From: Camelus ferus
Lineage: Eukaryota
Reading direction: 5' to 3'
DNA length: 64,000 nt
Assembly: GCF_009834535.1 (NCBI RefSeq)
Contig: NC_045697.1
Coordinates: 102,736,001 to 102,800,000, forward strand
Part shown: one piece after another, positions 53,091 to 64,000 of the stretch
Layout: each line of letters starts with the position of its first letter
How positions within the stretch are numbered: the first letter of the stretch is position 1
Program-made: the position numbers and the translations under genes
Notes under the pieces: generated by a model
Seen by the model: only the letters and a program-made list of their open reading frames with translations
Told to the model about the DNA's origin: nothing
Databases searched by the model: none

Positions 53091-54809
53091 TAACCTTAAA
53101 ATGAAATCTAAAAATTCTGAATCTAAAAATTCTGAGTATATTATAACTATTTGTAAAGAAGCAAGATATAAAGCATTGAATAAAGGATATAAATTTAGGA
53201 AAATGTTATTCTTATATCGATAATCTAATAGTGTTGTTTTTTTCAGTTAGTTAAACCACTTTATTTAAAAGTTATCCTTGTAGTTTGCAACTTTGTAAAG
53301 CCGTTTTTCTCTTTTTTCACCCTTTTATGTGAAGGGCATTCTCCAAATCTTTACCAGAACTTTTCGGAAATATAAATATAAAAAATACGAGTCATATTAC
53401 ATATACTTTTTTTCAAGTCTGTATTTAATTTTCAGTTCACACTTTTAAATAAAAATAGACACAAAAAAAATTTAATTTAACCTCATCCTTAAGTGCTGCT
53501 TTTTGCTATATTATACATTCTTCTATTGTTGAATTTATCCTAGTAGTGTAATTTTTCAAAATACCTTAATCGGTTTTTGTTGTATTGAAAAGCATATTAA
53601 GGCTTTTAACTCAAGAATGATGAATTTCCAACTTTAATTCATAAAAGATATTTGGGAGCCAGTGTACAAAGTTCTTAAGTTAGTTACTGTTATTTGCAGG
53701 TAATATTTTAGAAAGGACCTTTATCAGAATATGGATACCACCTGTTATTTTTTTCCTTATAAGGCTCATGGGTATTTTACATTGGTTTCTGAGTCCTCAG
53801 TTAAGTATCCAGAAGCTTGGTACTTGAAAGCATTTCTCTTGTTTTGAAAATATAAGCAAGAAACATTTCTCTGAGCAAATATTTGCTTATCTTCTGTTAT
53901 AAGCCTGCCAATGTTTTGGGTGCAGGAAATCTTATTTTGTGTATTATCTTCTACTTTATTTTTTTCTTTACTGCTATAGAAAAAGGAGATTCCAAAGATG
54001 AACAATGTGGATATTTTTTTCTTTGTAGATTTAGAGAAGTTTAAATAACTTGCAGCCTATATGCATTTTATGTACATTGATGGAGTAATAGAGAATTCTG
54101 TAAATGGAGGTAAACTCCCTTGGCAGAAAAATACCATGAGTAAAGAATTAATAGTTTCTAGCAGAGGGTGGTGATTATTTTGTTAGAAAACAAGAGTTTT
54201 GTTTTTGTTTTTTAATTCTCTATCTTCTTGTAACTCAGAAAATGGGAATTCACTGAAATCTTGATATACAGAGACTTTTGAATTGGCCCCCTGAGCTCAC
54301 TGAACAGTTCTGGCAAACAGATCTGTAATCTGATGTTGTCCTCTTTGGTTGTACCTGTGTAGTTACCTGTACTTCTGAGAAATTTTTCTAGCCACATTAC
54401 CACTCTTAAATGACCTTCCACTTGCCATTTTTGTTCCTTGGACATTTATCTGATTGTTAGTCAGCTATTATTTGAATAAGTTTTTCCATGAAAAAGTTTT
54501 TTTTTTTTTAATGTGAATTTACTCAGTTGGAATATAATGCATCTTTTTCATGTGGGATGGTTAAAAATCACAACGGAAAGACATTAGTCCTTAATGTATG
54601 CAAGTGTTAATGCCAGCTGTTGTTGGGACATAAATAGACCAAAAAAGGCACAATCCATGACCTCAGAGGACTTCACAAGGTAGAAAAGGAAGCATACAAA
54701 TAACAGCAAGAAGGAAATAGAGGAAAGGCATCTCGTTGACTAATTATGGAATCGTGTGCTCAACAACCATATTTTATCTTGTTCTTAATCTTCTCTTATA
54801 AGACACACA

Positions 54810-54812
<3 letters not shown>

Positions 54813-54860
<48 letters not shown>
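54813..54860. repeat. (CA)n microsatellite in ABCE1 intron 3
   Basis: About 24 units. Confidence 0.97.
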
Positions 54861-54863
<3 letters not shown>

Positions 54864-55157
54864 CACCCTCCAGTTCTGTAAGGTTTTTCAGTAAGTATTA
54901 AACATTAAATGTCTACAATTATTTTAGTCACTAAAGAGAATACAAAATTATTAGATATGATTCTTGCCTTCAAGGAACTCAACTTTTATTTTTTTAAGTA
55001 AAGGAGATGAAATGAAAAGGAAAGGAAAATGAAACAATACATCTTTGTGAAACTCCCACGTTTGGAAGATTACTTATAAAAATTTCTTAATCTGTTCATT
55101 TTAGTCATGTGTATATTTCTAAAAATTAACACAAAATTAATTCTTTACTTTAAATAA

Positions 55158-55310
<153 letters not shown>

Positions 55311-55409
55311 TAATTTTCAGAGAAATGGGAAAAAGTGGTATTTATTAACTTTGAAATCCACTAAAGAAAATTACAATATTATAACATTATGCAGAATCAT
55401 ATTGTGTAT

Positions 55410-55587
55410 GTCAGTGGTTCATTCTAGCTAACATTAAAATTACCTGGGGATCTTTTTAAAACTACTAATGCCCAGGTTTCAGCACGATTGAATTACATCG
55501 TATCTCTGGTTATACAGTTTGGACCTTGGTTAGTGGAAAAGGCTCCCAGGTGATTCTAATATACAACTGGGGGGTGAGAATCACTGT
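55410..55587. mobile_element. MER5A-like hAT MITE
   Basis: CAGTGGTTC ... ctcccaggtgattctaat ... GAGAATCACTG. Confidence 0.8.
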
Positions 55588-56232
55588 TAATAATATCCTT
55601 GTCCCCCAAATAACTTTTAAGGGAATTTGTCTTTAATTTTATTTAACTATTAATCTCATGATCTACAGAGAATATTACTCTGAGCGTGAACACATAATGT
55701 TAAATCACAAGAGTTCTTTGAAATATTTAATCTGCCAAACACTAATATTTTGAATCTGGGAGTCTAGATTCAACTAATAAAAAGATATTTCTCAACCTGC
55801 CAGCTTTAAGGGGCCTACTGCAGCAGGGAGAATGAAGTGGAGTATTTCTGGTTGATGTGGCACTTCTCTCCTTGTAAGTAAATGGCAGGCAAAAAAATAA
55901 ATAAAGACAATGTGAGGTTGCACCTGCTATTTAATTTTGTACCAAAGCATTTTGTTATACATTAAAACTGAGCTTTATATGTAAAGAAAAATTGTTACTT
56001 TAGGATAGACTTTGAATGAAAATTGAACAAGTAAATTTTGGGGTAATATTGGCCATGGATGCACTTCTAACAATTAACAGTTTAAGTTAATCTTGGCTGT
56101 TGGTTTTTTTTTCCCCCCTGATAGCCGATAACATCTGTTGTATCTCTTGGCTTACTAATGGATGGGTGTGGAATGCAAATGCGTTAAAACACATCGTTCT
56201 GGTATTGTGTAGCTTTTTCTTCTTAAGTCTGA

Positions 56233-56400
<168 letters not shown>

Positions 56401-56752
56401 TAAAAATTAATATCTTAGGTCAATTTTGTGAGGCTATGGGAGAGCGTATGTTTGGTTTTATTTTTTCAGTGTTCTTATTTTAAAGATTATTCATGGAATT
56501 AATGCTGAGAAACTAGATATAAATGAAATTCCTTCCTTTTTAGTTAAAATCTGTGAATGCTACTTAATTGATAATTTTGAACTTTCATAAACTATTATAG
56601 GTTGGTGTTCCTTGACTTGAAATTAAATCCACCTCTGATATTAAGTTAAGAAATCAGAAGTATTCTATTTGGTTATATATTCCATTTTGTGTAACATTCA
56701 TTCTCTTTGCAATTGTATTATTAAACTCAGATAATTATACATATATTTCTAG

Positions 56753-56941
<189 letters not shown>

Positions 56942-57034
56942 TAAAAAATGTATCAAAGTAAACTTGTTTTACTTTGTAACTCATTTTAATATTGAAGGAA
57001 AATAATAGTAACTATTTCTAATATGTTATGGTAG

Positions 57035-57104
57035 GGAACAGTGGGGTCTATTTTGGACCGAAAAGATGAGACAAAGACACAAGCAATTGTATGTCAGCAG
57101 CTTG
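57035..57104 (+). CDS. ABCE1: ABCE1 exon 7
   Basis: GTVGSILDRKDETKTQAIVCQQL(D), 70 nt, donor G|GTGAGT. Confidence 0.96.
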
Positions 57105-57299
57105 GTGAGTGTTAATTTTGGATATGTGTTTTAATAGGTCCTGGACTTAACTTATAAACATTGATATTTTATATGGATTACTGAAGTAAATGAAAAATCT
57201 CTAGTATTTGTCATATTTACTTTTTATGTTACACAATTTTTAACTGAAATAGTCAAACACAGAATGACGTGCAGTATATGTTTTGCCCTAAAGAGGTAA

Positions 57300-57440
<141 letters not shown>

Positions 57441-58352
57441 TAGGTTACTTTATACTTTTTGTATGTCTTATCCTTATTTTAGAGTTTTTATTTATAATGC
57501 TGCTAATAAAGCAGCGGTTTTGAGAGAAATGAATAGGAAGAGTGTCTAAGGTATCTAGCCTTGAGGTAAGGTGGTTAAGCAGTTACGCATCCATGCCCAT
57601 TTTCCTGCTCTTCCCCCAGGAGGGATCTCATTTATTTAGATAATTACTTGACAACTTAGGGATTCCAGAGCTTTTTAATGTAAAGTCAGTTGTTTATTAA
57701 ACTCTCCTTATACTTAAGAAGGATATTTTTTTAAGATGAAAGCTCTCCCAGCAGGCCATCAAGGTTTTTAAATAGCTCAAGTGGAACATGAGGTCTTTTA
57801 GGTTATCCTGAATCAGGGTGGCATGCCACGTGAGAGAGAAGAAGGAAGTAGAAAAGGCGAGTTTCCTTCCTACCTTCTACTGTGTCTTTTCTCACAGGAA
57901 TTTATTGCTCCCGTCTTTTCCCACATTTCTACTCTGGCATCCAAGGCAGGCTAGCCCTTCTCCGCAAAGTATTCAGTAATTCTGTTCAGTGCCCTCCTTT
58001 GCAGAAACTCTGGTTTAATGCAACTGACTTTATCCAATTAAGAGAAGAGCACTTTGGATTACTTCAGAATGTATCAGAGTATTTTTCATGAGGAGGTAGC
58101 AGTTTGTAAGTTAACCCAGTCTGGGAGTCTGTCCCCAGACTTGATATATAGTCCTGCTTTTCATAATTTCTTTTCTTCCTTCTACTTCTGAACGGAAGAT
58201 AGGAATTTTTGCCATTTTGGAGTGGGCTTACTGTAAGGGGGTTTTGTTGTTGCTGTGAAATCAAACTACATTTCAGTGCTTTAAAATAACATGCAAGGGA
58301 GAATTGTGTCATATTTGTCTTGTAAGTTACTATGTTTTTTTTTTTTCCATAG

Positions 58353-58442
58353 TTTCATGTTTGATGAACCTTCTAGTTACCTAGATGTCAAGCAGCGTTT
58401 AAAGGCTGCTATTACAATACGATCTTTAATAAATCCAGATAG
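58353..58442 (+). CDS. ABCE1: ABCE1 exon 9 (Walker B / D-loop)
   Basis: (I)[29 protein letters not shown](R), 90 nt, donor AG|GTAAGT. Confidence 0.97.
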
Positions 58443-61400
58443 GTAAGTACAGACTTAATATATGCCTTTGTTGTTTTATTTGGGGAGTTTTACAGATTTC
58501 TAAAGGTCGAACACTAGGACCATCAATGTCATTTAGATGTGCATGCTTTCTGTCTTGGTTGTTTGAAGCTATCACTTTGCTCTATCTGGAACAAAGATTC
58601 TTGATGCAAGATTCACTTACTTATATGCCCGTTTTGAGGGAACCTAAGAATATTCTGAAATGATGTGCAAATTTTGGCATTTATGTGTGGATTTCCGGAA
58701 AGCAGCAGATCCTTAGCTTTTACCAGATTGTTAAATGGACATGTCATTCAAACACATAGAAAATTTAGAATATTATAAGGATCACCAGAGTAGTTCCAGT
58801 TGTTCCAGATCTTACCAAGCACAAGAGAGTTCTGACAAATAATCACAACATACTGTATTTATAGAGTGCTTTTGTAATTTGCAGAGCTTTTAAATCTATC
58901 ATCTCATTTGAGCCTCAGTAATCTAGTAAGTTAGAATCTTTAGATTGGATTCCATTTTGCAGATGAAGAAGTCTAAGGTCAGAAAAGCTAGTTATTTGTT
59001 GTAGGTTTCATATTTACCATATGGCAAAGCTGTGACCACAGCCCAGGTTTTTTTTCTGTATGGCATTTTCTGTTCCTCTCTTACTGACTGATTTAATACA
59101 TAGCTGATCTTACAGGAGAGCAATAGAAATCCCTAGGGATCAAAAACCAAAGAAAGAACTATAAATTAAAGGGGAAAGACAAGGATGGCTTTCCTAGAGA
59201 ATGTTGCTAGTCTCTGATAGGTGTTGTGCTTTAACAACCACTTGACAAGAAGCAAGGCCTTGTATTGGATTATCACACGAAATACCAGGACTCTCAAAGG
59301 ACTGCTTTCTCAGCAAAAGAGCAAACACATGATGTCAAGGAAGTGCATAGCTGTCACTCACTGAGCTCTTTTGGAATAGAGGGATGGCTCCCCTTTAGAT
59401 TTGTTTATGGACCAGCAGGTCACATGGATGTAGAATTGAAATTTATGTAAATTCATGTAGTTACATGAAATTATGTAATCAAGAATCCTCCATACTAAAG
59501 TAACATAAAGAGGACACTGAATCTTTAGTTCTGTGGTACCTGGCCAAAGCAAACAGAAAACCACTTCAGAGGGATATGCCCTCAACCCTGGTCACACGGG
59601 ATTTTTACATTTTACTCATGAACTTTAAACCCAGGGTTATAAATGACAGGAGGCAACTCTACAAATGAGTCAGTAGACACAATAGACAGCAGGATTAGAC
59701 CTTCAAGAACGTCAGGTGACATTCTCAAAGAGACTATATTAAAATAATTAAAAACATAAAATATTTAAAGCTCTTTAAGATTGTGATACTACAAAAAAGC
59801 AGTAGGTTAATGTTTGGAAAAACAAACAGATTTGTAAACTAAAAGTATAGTCATGCCATTGAGAACTCACTGGATAGACAGACAGGTTAGGGACAACAGA
59901 AAAGAGCATGAGAAACTGGAAGAGTTGATCTGAGCAAGTTACCAGGATACAGCAGAAAGAGAATGAGACTGAGATACAGAAGGGAGATTCAGAGACATGG
60001 AGAGTGGAGTGAGATGGAGAAAGAATGAAAAGACTATTTACATATGTCTTAAGCATTTGAAAAATAAAACTGTGAAAAGATGATAGCTGAGAATTTTTCA
60101 GAACTGAAAAACTCGACTCCTTAGATTCAAGGAGCAAATGATCCACGTACATAGTTTGAAGTGAAACAGAGTATCAGTGATAAAGAAACAATCTTAGGTC
60201 AAATAAGTAGCCATAATTTTCACTTCATACATAGGCCAGGGCGTTATGATAGACTAGGTAGGGAATGTAAGAGTAAAAATGTGGTCCTGGTATTCAGGGG
60301 CTTCACTATCTTGTAAATAAGAGAATACGCAAGCAGTCAGTTCAGTATTTTTCAGCTCTGGCCTCTTTTTATAAAAACATTTTTATATTCCTTTATTTTA
60401 CTGAAATGATGGTCATAGGTATTATCTACTTTCACACATAATTTTTTAATACCAAATAATGTTCTAACCGTAATAAAAATGAGAATTGAAAGGATTTACA
60501 GTGAAGTGACATGTATCTAAATATGTAAGTATTCAACTAGATCATTACAATCCTATATTATGAGTTGGCAGCAACCATAATTGTAAAAGGGATAACATGC
60601 CAAAACAAGTTAGAGTAACAAAGTGAAGGAAATGATTGAGTTAGACATTTTCTCAGATATTCTGGGTCTTATTTTTATAGGTATAGGGTCAGAATAATCT
60701 CTGTAGAGATAGACTTATGATAAAAAGTTAAAGGAAGTATATCTGCATGCTGAAATTCTGCGATAGGTCAAGGCACACATTCAGTCTTTAATGCTGTAAA
60801 AAGATGTTGAAGACCATATGCTTGGATAAACAACAAAAAATAGAGGATGGGTCAGAGAGAGGACCAATAATGCAAGAAGTTTTCTAGAATTTGACCTCCA
60901 AGAACATCTTCAGTAAGATTAAAAACCAATAGATAACCCAAAATTAGGTGTCAAATTTCACAACATAGATTTCTCATTATGCTGGAGATTACTGTTTCTT
61001 CCTACCTTCAGAAAATAGAGTGGCTCACCTCACCTAAATCTTTTTACACTTTGGGCTTGGACATAAGCTCCATTTGAAGGTAGGGATAGGTGGGGGTTTG
61101 ACTTACTTTTTTCTTCTTTTGAAAGCACATTAAAATCCTCTAGATAATGCTATGGTGCCTTACACTGGGCCTTGAAGATTTTAATGGTAAAAAAAAGCAG
61201 AGAATTATTCCAAATGATGGAATATTATCAACAAAGACACAAGGTGGGATGAATATTGGCTCACTTGAGTGACTTGCCATTTTTATTGATGTTTAACACC
61301 ACGTAGTAGAAAACATTTCCTCTTAATATTTTCTTTTTGTATTAAACTCCCTTTTACCTTTTTTTTTTTTTTCATTTTTTCCTTTACCACCTAAGACCTG

Positions 61401-62118
61401 GATTAATGTGATAGCTTCCTTAAATAAAAAGTCTGTTTCTTCTTGTCGGATTAATCTTTCTGAAATGATTTTTTTTTTCTTGTCATTCTCCTTTCCTAGA
61501 ACTGTGCTGAAGCCTCTAGCCATATGTTGCTATTTTAATTTTAATTGAAATTAAAAATTCGTTTCTTCAATCAAAGTAGTCACATTTTAAGTGTTCCACA
61601 TTCCAAGTAGCTTCTTGTTACCTTATGCGACAATATCAAGATAGCACATTTCCATAATCATAGAAAGTTCTGCTGGAAAGTGCTTTTAAGAACCTGTCAT
61701 TTCCCCCATTGCCAATTAACTATAGTCCAAATTCTTCATTTTGTCATTCAACAACTTTATTAATAATAAATTGTTTGCCACATAGTACAAGACTAAAGAT
61801 CATAGAGGTACTAAAATTTATTAGTCTGTCTTCAAGACATTTAATGGGCAGTTTGTACTCAAAAATAATAGACGTCCAAGTTCAGAGGGTTCAAGAATGG
61901 GGGAAGAAGAAAGTTTATTTGCATATGAAGAAGGGAGTACAAGTTGAGATGGCCCTTAAAGTGTTTCGTAGGATTTCAATAGGTGAGGATTTTAGGCAGG
62001 AGACCATTTGGATGATAGACCAGCCCTTAGACACGCAGAGATAGAAAAGTAGATTATTCAAGAAACAGTGAAAGATCCATTTTTCAGTGTACCCTATATA
62101 TAAATCAAGTTAAAGATG

Positions 62119-62577
62119 TATCGATGTCCCCCCCAACTTAACGATTTTTTTGACTTTGCAGTGTTGGAAGCAATACACATTTGGTAGAAACTATACTTCT
62201 AATTTTGAATTTTGCCATCTTCCTGATCTAGCAATATGCAATATGATATTTAGTAATGCTGGGCAGCAGCAGGAAGCCACAGCTCTGAGTCAGCCATGTG
62301 ATCATGAGGGTACACGTAACCATTCTGTTCTTCACTTTGATAATACTCAATACATTACATGAGATGATCAACACTTTATTGTCAAATAGGCTTTATGTTA
62401 GTTGATTTTGCCCAACTGTAGGCTAATAAAAGTGCTCTGAGCATGTTTGAGGTAGACTGGACCAAGCTATGATGTTTGGTAGGTTAGACATACTAAATCC
62501 ATTTATGGCATGTGATATTTCAAATTAGGATGGGTTTACCAAGATGCAACCTCATCATGAGTCGAGGAAGATCTGTA
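62119..62577. mobile_element. TcMar-Tigger derivative (MER47/Tigger5-like)
   Basis: Termini gatgtcccc..caacttaacgat and atcatgagtcgaggaagatctgTA, with internal aaataggctttatgttagttgattttgcccaactgtaggctaat. Confidence 0.75.
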
Positions 62578-63368
62578 GTAGCTAAAGTTTTTGGTCAAGA
62601 AGTTCTTGAAAGTCTAAGGATGTTATTCATTTCATTTGGAACTGAGAGCCACATCTGGGGACCTGAAGAAAATGAGATTTGTCAAAAGCCTATTGCAATA
62701 TTGAAAGAAATACAATGACAACCTGAATTAGAATTTAGGAAGAGAAAGAAAAGAATGAATTAGACGCATTTGACAAGTTAAATACATCATTGCAAATTAA
62801 GTGAGTCATTTTTTATGAAAGTGTTCATTCGATCATAAAAACATGGGTGGTGAGTTTTGTGTAGGACATATTTTCTAAGTAGTCTTTTTTGGTATTGCAT
62901 CTTACCTATTCCTTGTCTCTCTAGCTAAATTGAAAGTTCCTGGTTTAAAGATTCTGTTGTATTTTCTGTTTCCCCTACTGCAGCCAGTATGGGATAGGAC
63001 AAACATAAGTTGAATAGCATAATAAACAGTTTAAACTAGGTCTGATTCAAATTTATTATAATTATTTCTGCTTTGTAAAGTTCGTTTTAAAACTTTTTAT
63101 TAGCAAAACATTTATTTCATATATCCATAAACTATTTCATGTTAACTTTTTTTAGTCTAGGAAAACAATTTCAAATATGAACATTGATAATGAGTCTTAT
63201 TTAAAGAAAATGTTTTATGACTTGCTCAATAATGGTCTTTAATTTTTTTAATATATCTGTTTTCCTGAAATTTACATTAATTTTTTTAAAAATATGCAAG
63301 AGTTGTAAGAATTATAATTAAATACAGTTTTAACTAAATTATGTATGTTATGTTACATTTTAAAATAA

Positions 63369-63590
<222 letters not shown>

Positions 63591-63654
63591 TAGGTGTTGC
63601 TCTAATATTACTTATCCAAAAGTCTGGTCTTAAGGAATTTAGTCATCCAATAGA

Positions 63655-63730
63655 ATGTGTGTATGTGTGTGTGTGTATATATGTATACACACACACACAT
63701 ATATGTATATATATATAAGGTATATACACA
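63655..63730. repeat. Compound (TG)/(TA)/(CA) microsatellite
   Basis: Alternating purine-pyrimidine tract read directly. Confidence 0.9.
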
Positions 63731-64000
63731 TCAGTTGTTAAAACCTGTTTCTGGAGAATTTTTTGTTGTGGGTTAAAATGCTTTATCGATTTTACTACTT
63801 ACCTACTGTATTACAAGTTTCTTTTGTATTTTGGCTCCTGCAGCATCATTGTAGTGTTTGTCATCTTCAGCTTTATCTTTGACAGGCCAGTGCCAGTAGG
63901 AAAACTCTTCAAAATCCTTCAGTGCTCATTTTATTTTCATGTTTCAAGTTTATCTGTAATCTGTATTCTAAGTTTGTGGAACAAAGACTATCTGAAAGTC

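Noticed and set aside
54158..54175. Second CTCF-like motif CTAGCAGAGGGTGG
   Set aside because: Mismatches at informative core positions make it too weak to call.

Overview
Mammalian genomic DNA, probably camelid, judging by a tRNA-Ala-derived vic-1-like SINE and artiodactyl-type L1 tails. It holds the head-to-head gene pair ANAPC10 (- strand) and ABCE1 (+ strand), which share a CpG-island bidirectional promoter at about 47.4-48.8 kb. ANAPC10 shows non-coding exon 1 and coding exons 2-4 (codons 1-109); its last coding exon was not found and presumably lies left of the window. ABCE1 shows exon 1 and coding exons 2-10 (922 nt of CDS), running off the right edge. All coding exons were read by hand and join in frame at GT-AG sites. 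The rest is intronic and rich in L1, L2, MIR, MaLR/ERVL LTRs, hAT and Tigger elements. A decayed, 3'-truncated class I ERV (5'LTR, tRNA-Ile PBS, gag-pro-RT-RNaseH) fills most of ANAPC10 intron 2. Most notable: Cys at ABCE1 position 43 in the Fe-S domain, where I recall Pro in human and yeast; a spliced uORF ending 4 nt before the ABCE1 ATG; an ERV LTR plus splice donor pointing at ABCE1; and a candidate poison exon in ANAPC10. I see no convincing wholly new biological system. Repeat family names and boundaries are by eye and approximate.
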